Shown: positions 1-15,000 of the stretch, one piece after another
Layout of the letters: every line of letters begins with the position of its first letter
Position numbering within the stretch: position 1 is the stretch's first letter
Assembly (NCBI GenBank): GCA_003344405.1
Contig: NOWV01000136.1
Coordinates: 1 to 64,000, forward strand
DNA: 64,000 bases
Source: Trichoplax sp. H2
Lineage: Eukaryota
Reading direction: 5' to 3'
The notes under the pieces: generated by a model
Seen by the model: only the letters and a program-made list of their open reading frames with translations
The model's database searches: none
Told to the model about the DNA's origin: nothing
Translations under genes and position numbers: made by a program

Positions 1-3000
1 GGGAAAAATACATTTACCATACCATTTTGCAAGTAATTTTAGCAACAAAAGTTCAATAATGCTATTAAACGATGATTGTTGTCAGTATATTCTGTTAGCC
101 AGTGGTGTTTTAAGACATTCTAGACAACCTTGTTTATAGTCTTGGTTATGTAAACTGTATCAATTTTTGATATACCTCTATTTACTTTACTTTGTGTAAT
201 TACATTTTAAGAAGAACAGTAAATGTTACTCAATAAATCATTACCCGAATTTACTTTATAGAAATGGACAATGCATACAGAATATCGTGATTGTCTTTTA
301 TAGTACTTGATATCAGTTATAATTTGAAGTACAGTATAAGTATATTAAATAATGTTCAAGCATTTATAAATAGTACCGTTATGGTATTCTTTACGGAATC
401 GTTCACATACCGAATTTTAGACACCGATTGGCCACTGCACTGTTCACTACAGATCAGTTAATCTATCATTTCAAGTATCTTATTAAACAATTTGCAAGAT
501 CTGCAGGATGTTATAGTACCATTTGATAAGTTCTACGGATAACCTGTATCTAACATGCCGTTTACGCCGTAAAAACTATATATATATGTTGCTAAGATGA
601 TTGATTTTTCCGGGACAAAATTTTTTCGCCATCTCCATATCCAGGACCTAATGTTGACCGATGATACTGTATAAGGTATCTTGTAAAATATTTTTAACCT
701 ATAAGTGATCAACTCCATTACATAATATAGCAATTCTAAAGGAGCTATTTAAGAGCTGTTTGTGAAGATAATACATTTCTAATAAAGTTTCTCAACGAAA
801 ACTTACGTATAATAAAAGTCAATAGATCGCATTTAATCAACTGTAAAGGTTCAGCTGCTTTCTGCTAAATTTATTATTAGTTAAAAAACATCTGTATACA
901 TGTAGTCAAGACACATAACGATTCAGAATATGATCATATGTTGAAGTTGATAAGAGATACTTAGAATGTCAAGGGAGTTTAAATTTAACAACGATTGAAA
1001 AACTTAAGGAATAACTATAATACTCTTAGCGAATTTGGTACCCCGTAAAAATTCCTTGCCACTATTAGAGGAATAATTTAAAAAAATTTTAAAATATGAA
1101 CTATGCATGAGTATAAAGAATCTGTGATAAAACCGACCACGTAATTAAATCCGTAATATAGCGCTTGTGAGCCACATGGTTTTGACTAAAATTGCCTTAA
1201 AACTGAATCCGATCGTTTCAAATAAAATTAGCGTTATGATACAGGTAAATTGTGTCTGAACTTTATGAGATTTTTGTTTTCCTAAATGATGCAAAGTATT
1301 TTTCTCAAGTTAATTTCAGAATGATTGATCTATAAATGTTTAGTTTTAAATGCCATCAAGAACTGTACGAAGCCTATAAATAGTAGTACAATCAGAAAAC
1401 TAAAAGTTAAGAGTAAAATAGAGCTATTTTGAAGGATTACTTGAAATTCAAATACATTCTATCTCGGTTGGCTATAAATAAAATTGTTCACTTTTTTTGT
1501 AAGGTTACTTGGTTATTGACACTTTAGTCCTGTCTTTCCTTATCATTTTACTAAAAATCTTGGTAATTAGTTATTTTAAAGGTTATTTGACCTTATCTTT
1601 CTCATAGGTTTTTAATGAATTGTTGTTTTATCATTTCCCGATTTACTTGGCGTTAAAGTGCCGTTAAGTCGACTAGATTGCGCGAAGTAGAATCGAAACT
1701 TAATAATAGTTTTTGAAAATTTGATTTCACTACGTATTATTTTATTACATATGTTTGCTAATTGAGCCAAAATTGTGCATATTGATATTTTACATTTAAA
1801 ATTCGAGATACGTTATCAAAATATTGAATCAACTGTTTCATTGATAAGCTCAATCAATCGGATTCCTTTCAATTAATTTTAAACTACAAAACAAAAACCA
1901 AGGCAGTAATTAGATTACCAACCATTTATTTCTTTAATGGATTTTCGCTCCTCAGGTATTGATAAATGTAACTGTATCATTTAACGTAATTAATTTGATA
2001 ATGTTGAGGCGGGCAGTATCTAGGTTGAAATTTTTTAATTATAGAGTAATAGTAAGACTAAAGCTTAGGCGATATTCAATGTTATAATTGCTCTATTATC
2101 CAAATGGGAAAGATAAATCAAAATTGAACTCTTCAAGAAATTTTGATCTAATAATAAAATAGCAAAATTGATCCTAATTAATAGCTATAATAATGGGCAA
2201 TTCTTGCCAAACATTTATCTCTTTCGATGAATTTAATAGCATTTTCAGAAGCTAAAAAAGAGCATTACCGGTTTATATAACAGAAATTAACATAACGAGT
2301 TTTTCATACAAAGTGCGATAAATATAGCCTTAGATAAGATCTACAAGAACTTAAAGAAACTCTATTTCAATACTATACGACTATGAAAGGCTATTTTCAG
2401 TCGTATATTACGCACGCTAGCGTATGTATTCGTTTATTGACGTAATTTAATGAAATTGAATCAGGAATGATTAATATTTAAAGGCATTTTATTACAAAGA
2501 ATGATCTTCACACGAGAAAATATTAATTAGTATCTTGAATGGAGTGTAAAACTATACTATATCAAATTGAATTATGCCTCAGGAATCTCTGGCATGATTA
2601 GTCTTTAAAACGATGATGAATGACGTTACTTAAATTTGCTATTCGACATTCCACATCCTATTGAGTCTATTTACTGTAAAAGGAATTATAACCTTCCAAT
2701 TAGGATAAATTAAAGATATTGATCAGGATTGCACAACATGCTACTTGTGTTTTAAGCGGTAAGCAAATAAACATCAAATTGTTTTTTCCGGCAACGAGTT
2801 GTCCATGACATGCAAGTTATCCTAGCCTAACCTAAAATCCTAGAGATAGTCTACGTGCCTAGCAAATTGTTATTACTACCTTGTACTCTATTTACTTACA
2901 GCTAGGGTAAGAAGTGTTGAACTTGTTGGGTTATTATCTTTGCTATTAACACCTCAATTTAACTATTGTTTTACAAGATTATATTCTGGCCTTCACAGTT

Positions 3001-3249
3001 GACAGACATCTTCATTCTTAATTAATTTCTTATATGTCGAGTATAATATCCTCATTGCATGATTTCCATTCGTAATAAATAGACCCATTAATAAGTTTTA
3101 TAAGTAGTTAATTCAACGTCATCCATTCAGTAATCAGCGATTTCATTCCTCTTCGTAATGGCCGAATATAACATTCATATTATCCAGTGTAGTAACCTCC
3201 AGTCATTCTGACATTAATTAATTTACTCTACATCTTTGGTCTAAAAAGT

Positions 3250-4150
3250 AAAGCTTATGAAATTGACCTATAATATAAGTTACTGGAGCAGTTTTGACTT
3301 CTAACTTCAATATCATCGATTGATGTAATATCGATTACGACTGGTGTTGCACAAGCGATCATATTGTCCATTTTTTTCTATATTGCATATTTCAATACTG
3401 TCGATTAAACAGTAATAATCTGATAGTAAGTTTGCAGCTCGTCGATGTTAAAAGACAGGCAATTTTTACTCTCCGTTGGAAACCCTCGATCGATCTATTA
3501 TCGACCACAGTTGGTTTTGCATAAGCTATCACTTTGTTCATTCTTTCGAAGTCACTGATTTCAATGGTATTGATTGAAAAGTTAATCAACCGATGATCAG
3601 TTTGCAGTCCATCAATTTTAAAAGATAGAAGCAATATGTCTTAGTTGAAGACTAGCCATAGATCTATCACAAGCTATCATTTTGCTCATTCTTTCCAAGT
3701 TACTTATCTCATTACCATCGATTGAAGAGCAAATAATCTAATAGCTAGCTTGCAGCTAGTCGATGTTAAAAGGTAGAGGAGGTAATTTTTCTATTGAGTT
3801 AAAGATTTCAAGTGTATTATTGACTGATTGATTGATCTGATATCGATTATGGTTGGAGTAGTATAAGCTATCATCTTTGTTTATTCTTCCAAATTACGTT
3901 ATTTATCATCAGTACTATCGTCTGAAAAGTTAATAATCTGACTTCTAGCTTGCAGTTAATCAACGTTAAAAGATAGCGGCAACTTTTCTCCTTACTTGAA
4001 GATGATCGATTAATCTAATATCGATTATGGTTGGTATAGCACAGGCAGTAAGATCGTTCATTCTTTTGAAATCACTGATTTCAATACTATTAACTGAAAG
4101 TAAATAATCTGATAGCTAGTTTGTAGTTAACAGATGTTAGAAGACAGACT
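3250..4150. repeat. Degenerate tandem array, unit ~150-200 nt, about 5 copies
   Basis: 'aataatctgatag...ttgcag...gatgttaaaag' recurs near 3414, 3582, 3732, 3931 and 4102, and 'aagctatca...ttcattctt' recurs between them. Confidence 0.7.
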
Positions 4151-5831
4151 ACACAATCTTTATTTTATACTGAAGGTCTTTTATAGCTGCATTCAATGAC
4201 GAGTGAACTGATAGAAGATTTCATTCGATCGAGTAAAATTAAACTGTACAATCTCTTAATTAATTCTAATAAGATTTATTTTAACAATGTGATGAGGAGT
4301 TCAGTGATTCAGTGGTGCGGACTTTGTTGCCATGCGAAGAAATATACCAATGTTTTATACGAAAAATTGGATACTATATTATGCTGTAGACTGTAATTGC
4401 GTATATGTGGTTGTTATGGTAGAACAGCGTACAAACTGACTTAAAGTAAAGTGAGGAAATATTAATACTACTACTGCTACTCAACGATATCCTAGATAGA
4501 AATCGACGATATTTATAATTTTGAAGACAGCATACATGCAGAAAAAGGATTGTAGGATTAAATACAACAAATGGGTATATCATAGTAGACTATGTACTAG
4601 CGAATGATTGTAGAAAGGAATAAAACTATACGGGCTATAAATAACCAAGGCAAGCTATATATGAATATATTGCAACAAAACTGTAACAGGTAGCTATGTC
4701 AACGATTATGTTTAAGAATATAGTAGTTACAGCACAAACTAAATACACTACATGTGCCATCGACGTAAACGTATCAGGCTCTGGTAGAAAATAAGTAATT
4801 GCGGCATTATACAGTCTACCTTAATTATGTAATCCGATATTGCCTAAATCTATTCCTATTAACTGAAAATGAAATGCTAATCTGATATCTACAGTATTGA
4901 TAGTTACTGCAATAACTATTAAAATGAAAGATAAAAACAATAAAAATAAATTAATCGCGGTGATCCCTTTCTTTATTCAATCTTGTATCACTGCATTGAA
5001 TAATACCGTGCATGACTGATGGCTACTGACAATTTGGAGGCCTGTAAAGTTGCGTAATATTACTAGCTATCATTTTTACATCTCTATGCTGATGTGATAA
5101 AAATATCTTATTAAACATGCAATAAGAACTACAGTTTCTTGTAATACTTCATTTTATTATGTCATGCGCGTATAATTATAGTCTTAAGCTTATTTGGGAC
5201 TGCACTGCAGCTGAATAAAATAAATTGTTTGACAGCCATTTTGTAAAGATCGATACATTGCAGGAAAGCGACTCAGGAGACTGTCAATCCTATTCGTTAT
5301 GAAATTAGGATTTTAAATGCTATCTTGCAGTTTTGTCACTCATGGTAGTACCATATTTATCTATGGACTAGCATACCTTTCCATAATTAGTCGACATTGT
5401 TTGTAAGATCGATCTCCTTGTTCTATCTCGCCTACAGTGAAGTGTATGCAATGATTTCCTCTACGGAGTAACACTATAGCATTTCGCTCGACGAAGTCTA
5501 ATTATAATTGTCAGTTTTTATTGTCAAAATAAATATGCCTGAATTGGAGACGTAAAGGTATGCATTATCCATAGCATTGTTGAAATTCAATAACTTGGCA
5601 ATTTGGATCACTGATTGAATTTCCTTAATATTAACCGCGGACAATAACAGTCATGATTTGATATTATTAGTATGTTATTAATGATTAAGAGTTAACTTTG
5701 ATTACTACGGCGTAAAACATATTGTTGAACGTTTTATTGTCCTGTAGTTCTTCTGTTGACTTTCGTAATGACTTTGACCCTCATTGCAGGAGTCCCACAG
5801 GGGACCAAACGATTTGAAACAACATCTGTTT

Positions 5832-5957
5832 ATATATATGTTAGTCGGCCATTCCTAGGAATGGGCGGTCATTCTTAGGAATGGCCGCAATCTTAGCATT
5901 GGCCGTAACCAATCTTAAGGACAAAATCATTCTTATGAATGCCCTTAACATATATAT
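5832..5957. mobile_element. Small MITE-like element with imperfect ~24-bp terminal inverted repeats in a (TA)n context
   Basis: The left end TGTTAGTCGGCCATTCCTAGGAATG resembles the reverse complement of the right end (TGTTAAGGGCATTCATAAGAATG). There are three internal CATTC-nTAn-GAATG palindromes and ATATATA flanks on both sides. Confidence 0.55.
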
Positions 5958-7186
5958 TCATGTTGCACGCGGTCAGGATCAATTTAATATTTTTATTTTG
6001 TAAAGTTATTGGAAATTATGTTGTATGATGATGGCTAGCACTGTCCTTCTTGTATCCATGCAGTCCTTGCACTTTGTGCATACTGTGTGGTATGTATGTA
6101 CAATTAATTACAACCAGATCTCTTTGAGGACAATCAAATCAATAGCGCTCTACAAGTTATTGTTCCGTAAGGCCTAGACCTGTTTTCTTCACGCCTTCAA
6201 GGCAATTGTCCTCTTCCAACTATCTGTCATACAGCAGAAACTATCATTTGTTCATTAGCATGATTCTATTAAAGATGGAAAGAATGCTTTATCATTATCT
6301 TCTCCCTCTATTATTTTGCTATAGTAGGCAAATTCAAATTACATAATAATAAATTACATAATCTTCAATGAATCGTGCATCAATTCATCCTATCTTGCTA
6401 TTATTGGATGAATAATATCCAGCCATATCTCTATCGCTAACGTTATTCTTTCAACATCGCTTATGTTCAATGTATAATGTTTTACTTATTCGATGGGCGT
6501 TAAAATATTATTTTGAACGAAAGCTGCTTAACCAGAGTGAATAAGCGTTATATCATAAGCGGCCGCGCTATTACATCTAGTTTTGTCTGGGGATTGAAAG
6601 GGCAGGAGAAGGTTAAAAAAACTTGTATTCTTAAACAGACAGTCTGGCATACAGATTACCCTCTCTCTCTCTTAATTCTAATCAATAATCCGGATGTTTA
6701 ACATAATCGTTCAAAGCCAGTCTATGTATCGGCACGACCGCCAAGGAAATGAATAGCTCGCCTTGGCAGTGATTATCATTTCCTCAGTTGAATATTAGTA
6801 TAGCTACCATATATGAATCATATTGAATGTTTGTGGGCACTGTAAAGCATACAGGAGTATTCTTTTCCTTCTTCATTTCTTATTGAAGTCTTAACTTTAT
6901 GTAGATAAATAGGGAAGAGAGTAATTATTAACGGAGAGTGGTGAACAAAGGATAGTAAATGGTTTACAAACTCCAGGACGTAGATGTAATTCATCTCAAG
7001 ACCACCCTAATAACTTACGTCATAGCAAGTCGCGTTAGAAAATAAAAGCGATTGTTCCGAAGCAGACGTTGCATAAGACAGTGTAGTTTGTTATTTTTCT
7101 AATCCCTTTTTAATTTATTAATTATTTCCTTCAACCGCTTTCCTTTCGCGGTCAAATAAATTTCAATCGCAAGGCGAGAAAGTAAA

Positions 7187-10100
7187 ATGACGAACAATTC
7201 AAATCATCAGGAGGAACTGATCGTCGAGAGCGACCAACGTGAGGCAAATCACAGCAGTGCTAATCAGGTAGGATGCACGTAGCTTTCTTTCTCCTTCAAG
7301 TAAATACGTTTATGTCAATATGTACTTTAATCAACTTGCCATACATCAACAACGATCGATAGCGTTCTGTAAGGTAACAAGAATTAGACACGCATATTAT
7401 TTAATCGTCATGATAGATATCCGAGAGATACGAGATAGATTAGGATGATAAAATAGATTGATAAGGAGAAAAAATACTAGTAGCAGTCGATAATATAGTA
7501 CACGATCGAGACATCAATAGTCAAATCAATTAAAGATAAAATGTTCATACGCTATAAAATGATAGCCGATGTTCATGTCTAATTAATTCTCATCATTTTA
7601 TTCATTCTTTCATTTGGACTCAAAGACATCCCGACATGAAAAGAAAAGCCTTAGTAAGTATTCTATCCAAGGCATTAGGCAACAAGATATGAAAGACCTA
7701 GTTTGTCTTGATAACAGATTAATCTCTTATAGTTGATAAATTCCCACTACAACTAATCTGACTTGCTTTATAGTTGTTTTTAAGCTTCATGAAGTTCCTC
7801 CAATTATGTTTACCATTGGCCTAGCATTCCAAGTAATCGCGTAGTATTATGCAAAGTACAATAGACTACCGATTTAATGGCAGTTATGTAGCTAGTACTT
7901 GTACTGTTTTTGTTTTTTCATTAAATATTGAATTACCATTTCGATACTTGTTAAAGGTCAACGTTATTCTACAATAACTAATTAAATAATTTATCCGATC
8001 CTACTATTTTCCGGCAGCATTATTTAACCATGTTTGGTGGTACTATTTCATTGCCGTTTGTTGTATCGGCTCCGCTTTGCATTGGTAACAATAATCCATT
8101 AGCCATTAGCGATTTAATTTCCACTGTTTTCTTTGTTTCCGGCATTGCTACCTTATTGCAAGTAACATTTGGAGTCAGGTTAGTTTACATTCAATAAAGC
8201 GTATCAATGGTTCTTCTTAATGTATTGATATCTTTAATAGATCCGTATAATTTGATGCTATAGTAAAATAGATTGTACCTCATAAAGCAATAAATTCTAC
8301 TTCTACATTATAAAAAGTCCTATGCTTTTATGCAAAGTGATTTACTTAATTGAAAGAAAGCCCCAATTAGAATTTCTTTCTCTTGCATAGTAGAGGTATA
8401 ACTTAATTTCAATAATATTCATTCACACTACTTTATTTGATCTGTTTGTTGGCTTTTCTTCCAAGATAATACAGTAGGGATTATAAGGTTGTTATGGCTT
8501 GAATAATTACGTCGACCATCCAAGCTTAACATACCGATTTAAATAGTAGTTGCTCTACCGTACGAATGTTCCATACAGTATAGCGTCAATTGATACCCAT
8601 GAATAAATTTCTTCATCATTACTACTTTATCCTCAACAACGCCATGGTAGTACAATTTGTCAACATAATACGAATGATAGAATCAATATCTTCATGATTT
8701 AAATATACCGGGTATTAGTCATTAGCCTTTGATATCTGTTATGTTCTCTGGTCATCGATCGTTTCTTTAGCCTATTTGATTCAGCCAAGCATTTTAAAAG
8801 TAGATTGTCCATTAATCTGTAATCATTATATTGATTATTAAACCAACAAGTTGTATCCAATTCTTTTACAGGCTACCTATCGTACAAGGAGCATCGTATG
8901 CCTTCGTGACACCAACTTTCGCTATAATGTCGCTTGAGAAATGGAAAAGTACATGTAGTCCCAATACTGTACCTTGGGCGAGTAAGTCATGATGCAGGAT
9001 ATTTACTAGCTATCTTTTCATAACTCAATCATCATTTCGATTTTTATCATATTACTAATCAAATAGAATACACTTTTATTGATTCTTTATAAACATAAAT
9101 AATAGTAGCCAAGATAGCACTAATAATGTAAAAATTCAATGATGTTCTACTTAATAATTCATGTAGATTTGACATTAGACCAGCAAAACAATCAAACAGA
9201 AATGTGGCAGTCTCGTATTCGAGAGGTAATTTACTCCTGTCCTTATAGATAGTCAGGGATACCCATAGAGCAGTAGGATAACGAATTTGCATACTGCTGT
9301 ATAATTCCAATCAACTATTTTTCATCATGTCTAACGATTCTACGTAAACAATTCATTCTTTTCAAATGTTTTTATCTCGCTAATAACTTATGCAAATTTT
9401 AAATAAATTAAGAAAAATTGCTTTCTATGCGTAAAAAATTATTATCAATGCATATGTTAAGATTCAAGGTGGAATCATGTTGGCATCGCTGTTTCAAGTA
9501 GTCATTGGGTTTACCGGCTTAGTTGGTCTTTGCCTACGATTTATTGGACCTATTACTGTTGCTTGCACAATCACTTTAGTTGGATTAACGCTAATTAGTA
9601 CAGCGACCCTTTATGCATGTAAGAAAATAATAGATGTTTACAATCTTGTCGATATAAATTCTAAAATATATGAAAACAACTGACAATCCTGTTTTTCAGT
9701 AGCAATAAAATCTTTAAAGTAAATTTAAATGCCGAAACTCGGATACTAACTATGATAATAAATTTGATTACAGCTTCTAATTGGGGCATAGCAGTATTGT
9801 AAGTAAAAACTCCAATTAATTAAAACCATCAAATTACTAACGCTACCATCAAAAGTTGTAGCAATTGTAGCCGTTCATAACAACTTGTCTAATATCTATT
9901 AAAAAATATGGTAGGACAATTTTCTTTGTAACCCTTTTCTCTCAAATTCTGGAGAAATATGCTGTTCCACTACCAGGTTATCAGAGAGGCAAAGGCTGTT
10001 ATATCAGTAAAGCTCATATATTTAGACTCTTTCCGGTAAGAAAATCTCGATTACTAACGAGTGATTAATCGCTAGTAATAGATTAGTATATTGCAATAGG

Positions 10101-12005
10101 TAAATTTCAATCCGTTACAAAATTATGTGAATCAGTTGCTCTATATATATAAGACGTTAATTTTAGCCTAGGTGCTATAAATATTTCATATTTTATAATA
10201 ATGATAGGATAATGGTACAGAAATGAAGCTATGACTTTCTCTTATAAAAATTTAAATTAAAAAAAAATAATAGAGTAATTTTAAGATTGATGCAAGTAAA
10301 ATTTTAACGGTTTGCATTGCTTCCGATTTTTTCGTGCTGTGAGCCAACTATCATTAGAACAAGAGATAACAATGTTCTTAATAATTTTTTTCTGAATTAG
10401 GTGTTACTGGCTATTATAGTATCATGGGTAGTTTCGGCCATCCTTACAGCTGCTGGTGCGTTCACTTCTGATCGATCCAATCCGGGCTATTTCGCTAGAA
10501 CTGATGCAAGAATTGCTGTATTGGAAACTTCACCATGGCTTCGGTTCCCGTATCCTTGTATGATAATTTTATTTACAAATCACTACAATTTTAATAGATA
10601 ACAATATAAATTCATTGTTAATATACCCTAGTGATGAAATCGCTTCTTTAAATTCACTAATATGATTGCCCTTTTAATCGCCTCATCTTACCTGTACCTT
10701 CTATTTAATATTTTAGTCCAATGGGGCATACCTACTACTTCTGTTGCCGGTGTATTTGGTATGTTGGCAGGGGTTTTAGCGTCTATGATCGAGTCGATTG
10801 GCGACTATTATGCTTGTGCTAGACTTGTTGAAACTAGACCTCCTCCAAAGCATGCTATTAACCGTGGTATTGGCATGGAAGGAATCGGATGTGTCTTAGC
10901 TGGTATGATTGGTTCAGGTGCCGGAACAACCTCCTACAGCGAAAATATAGGAGCTATTGGCATAACAGGGGTATGATATATTTATTGCTAATATAGCTTT
11001 TTCAAAAACAAAGAATGTAAAAATTAATACTGTGGGTGCCCATTTTCTATCACGTTTGGACGTTCATACATATGCGTAAATCAATTATATCGAGTAATTT
11101 GATCGCTTTAAGATATTTATCGACGTAACTAAATCATTAGAAAAAGACTCATTGACTGCGGAAATAATATTTTACGATAATAAATTGTATGGTATAAAGG
11201 GATTAGTAGTATTTTTAACAAATATAAAATTTTACAAATTGTACAGAATGAGGGATTGGTAGAATCTTGAATAGTTATAATTCTATAATGCATTGCCGTA
11301 GTAATTCGCGTGCCATAAAATATATTAGCTTTCTTACATCTTTATGAACTAGCTCTAATTTTGTCCTGTATCGATATATTAAAGGTTGCTAGTCGAGCTG
11401 TAATCCAGTGTGGATCAGTTATAATGATCGTGTTAGCCATAGTAAGCAAATTTGGAGCACTCTTTGCTTCTATACCCAATCCTGTTGTTGGTGGCGTATT
11501 CGTAATTATGTTTGGAATGGTGACGGCAGTTGGAATATCAAATTTGCAGTTTTGTGATATGAATTCTCCTAGAAATGTCTTTATTGTTGGTTTTTCTATT
11601 ATCTTTGGTATGGCTTTCCCTACTTGGTTGAGCACTAACTCGTCCGTAATTAAAACTACCGTACCGGAACTTGATCAAATTATTGTTGTTTTGCTCAGTA
11701 CTAATATGGCCGTTGGAGGAGTAACGGCCTTAATCCTAGATAATATTATTCCTGGCACTTTAGAAGAACGTGGTATGCGTGCATGGTTTCAAGAAACTGA
11801 AAATAAGTCTGGTAAAATGACTGAAGAATACGTGAAAGAAATGAAAAAAACATACGATCTCCCATTCGGGATATCGGAATTCTTTCGTAGGTTTACTTGT
11901 TCAAGCTATATACCCTTTTGTGCACCACATTACGATATAGAAGAAGAATCAGAACAACACAGAGACTTAGAAATAGGAAAAGTCATCAATACTAGCAGCG
12001 TATGA
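7187..12005 (+). CDS. SLC23/nucleobase-ascorbate transporter (NAT/NCS2) family member, copy 1, about 12 coding exons
   Basis: GT-AG exons join in frame from ATG 7187 (MTNNSNHQ...) through a 28-nt exon at 7626-7653. The product has the TM1 'FQHYLTMF' QH motif and the NAT signature '[13 protein letters not shown]', and the last exon (ORF 11361-12005) ends at TGA. The first two exons are less certain. Confidence 0.92.
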
Positions 12006-15000
12006 GAAATGGCTTAGATTTGGACTGCGATAGTTCTTAGTTGCTCTAGTTTCATACTACTCATTTTACAGCTATTTTCAATATAAATAATAACAATTAA
12101 TAATCTTTGCTAGTTACTATAGTGTGAAAAAAGTACCAATTTTAATTATTACGGTGTATTTATCTGGCAAAATATGTTAGTTTTCACCTCTACGAATATA
12201 AATGATATTATAATTCGCTGAATATAGCGGCAGCAAATTTTAAAGTTATTAAAGGCGTGTTAGTTCTGATATTATTTATTTACAATATTATTATTATAGT
12301 GGAACAAACTGCTTGTACCTACGTTTTATTTTGCACTTTTTGCACGCTTCCTATTATTTATCAAAATACTTGCAACTAAAAAATAATAAACTTTAAACAT
12401 GTAATACTTACTATTGTATGATAATCAAAAAAGTCAAGAAATACTAATATTTTATGACCTCATTTAATTTTTTAAGAAGCTAGTTACTGATCAAAATTAG
12501 CTAACACTTATCCTGTTGAATAATTAATTGAATAGTATTCGAATCACTGCGACTTCGACTATTACCATAGTGTCAATAGCAATGCGAAGACACTCTATTT
12601 CTATTTCTGTATACAACATTTGCGTACTTACAAGTAGAATTCTTCAGTAAATCGTTGCCTTGCCTGGCCAACTCATACTATCCATTTTGATTCACTTAAC
12701 CTATCATTTCATTCAATTTGCTGCTACTTCGTGAACTCTGCGAGATGCTTTATGGCCATTAGATCAGTTCTACATTCGGCCAATCAATAAAGTATCTTAT
12801 GCACTGCAATACTTCGGCAAAGGGTAGACACAATTAATCATGATGATTTTTTTCCAATTTTATCTAAAATTGTTTGGGAATGGTTCGTAACTATTGTCTA
12901 CGAGTAGTTTTTGGATAAAATATTATGTGGACGAATGTAATGAATTACGGATGCTGCATTCTGTATAGCAAATTAAATTCATTACTTTAGAATAAATAAT
13001 TCTACATTAGCAATAACAAATCGTTAGTATATCTTACTTGTGTCCGATGATAATCTAAATAGAAATCAGATACAGGCTTAGCAGACTATCTGGTAGATGC
13101 TAATAGGTTAGATACTTCACATTTCGGTGTAATAGTGATTAGTGAGTAGTTAAGAACGAACAGTTTAGCCAAATAAATGTATCAGCATAAATTGTCACGA
13201 AAGTTATACTTCAAAGTAGTCTATTAATGCTCAAGCATGTCAATAGATTATGTATCGTATTAAATATCTGTTATGGGAGTGTCGTCAGCTTTACTTTCAG
13301 ACATATCGGCTCCTTTTGAAAGGAGCAAGTTAAGACTAGTATGCATAATTAAGAATTCTCACATAGCTTAATTATATGTAATTATGATTGCTGTGCAGAG
13401 ACATTATGCATATTAGTGATTGATTAATATGCATTAAATAATTGCTTTAGTTCGTGCAAAAAATTGATGAGTATCTCGTATATTCTATCTTGATACATTT
13501 GTTTACTATATGGAAAATTAAAATTAAATTAATGTACAGTAATTGCTACTTAATATTTACATTAACTTCTATATAGAACTATTCTATCTTTCAAGTGTAG
13601 GATAATGGTTTGTTAAATGGAAATTTACGCTGGAGAATTTAATCTTCCACTGGTTATCAGATTTACAGGATGTGAATTTCGTTCCGATCCTAGGAAAAAG
13701 TATCAGGGTATTTTAGGGTTAAAACTCGGTCTCCAGCAGTAATCTAAATTACTTAATTTGCCTTTTGATGTGATATATGTTAAAATAGGTCCACTTTTGT
13801 AGATCCAGATATTAGTAAGTACGTCCATACTGTATAAGTAGTTTAGAGAGTCTTTTTCGCCTATGCTATATACAGGATTATAATTTCGCTGAAAGAACCG
13901 TCTGTTATGCTGTAATTAGTATCACTGAAATCTCATTTCGTTATTTATTATATGTTCTATATCAGAAAACGTTCATTCCTTTCCATATTTCATTGCTTTT
14001 CGTAGTCAGGTGATCAGTTCAGCCAATATTATCGTAACATATATTTTTAACAATAATATAATCAATCATTTCTGATAATATCATTTATTTCCTATTCCTA
14101 AAAAATCTCTATTTATTTCTTGATGGTAAGGATGACTAATTGATGACGATCCATAACAGTAGGACCAATGAGAATAGAAAACTTTGCCTGTAATCCGAAA
14201 TTATTGACATAATTAGGATGTGCAGCACCCAAAATGTTTCAATAGCTTTTTTCTTAAAGGAGTCCAAGAGTGCAGTATACAGAACTTTACAGTTTAGCAC
14301 TTTTATTCCTAAATAGCCCTAAGTATTCTTATATCCTAAACTGTATTACTCTTTAAATAAAATTACTCATGTAATAGCGTAATAATTACATATGAACCAT
14401 CTGCGTTCTATCAACTCCTCAAATAACAGTATATGTCATGGTCCTTGCCTGGGCAACGTACTAGAAAACGTTCATAAGGACCGTGACATATATAGAGCAC
14501 ACTGAAATATTTTACAATCCATAAACTAAGTACGCAAAGTATCATGAACATGGGTGTCACGGTCTGGGGTTTACTAGTTATTATAAAACTATAGCACACT
14601 CATACAGCTTACTTTTATATATTCATTGCAGAATTAGATATACGCGTATTAACTAATAGTCGCTATCGAACTGATGGATAGAAGATATCCGAGAACTGGC
14701 GAAACTGTACTATGAACTTTTTAGTGGAAGCACCGGCAATCGATGCATTTTATAATTATTAAGTTCATACTGGATAGTTATTATTGGATTTAAATGTTAT
14801 TGATACAGTTGAAAGCTATTTATATGAAATTTTATTTGACTATCTTGATGGACAGAAATACATGTACTAGTTACACGCATCTGCAGGACAAGATCAATAG
14901 ATTCTAGAACGTAGAACGGACAGATTTCCACATACACTACAACCACCATTAGTCTCGATAAAATTATTACTATCAGTATGCATATATAAGAAGTTATATT

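Noticed and set aside
1-7100. Short ORFs of 60-80 aa in the first 7 kb (and similarly 12000-16200, 46400-48100, 62700-64000)
   Set aside because: No recognisable protein motifs, low-complexity AT-driven composition, and no chain of phase-compatible exons that I could assemble.
11342-11635. Antisense ORFs over coding exons (also 20137-20373, 39309-39521, 61745-62002)
   Set aside because: Shadow ORFs on the opposite strand of real exons, with no independent evidence.
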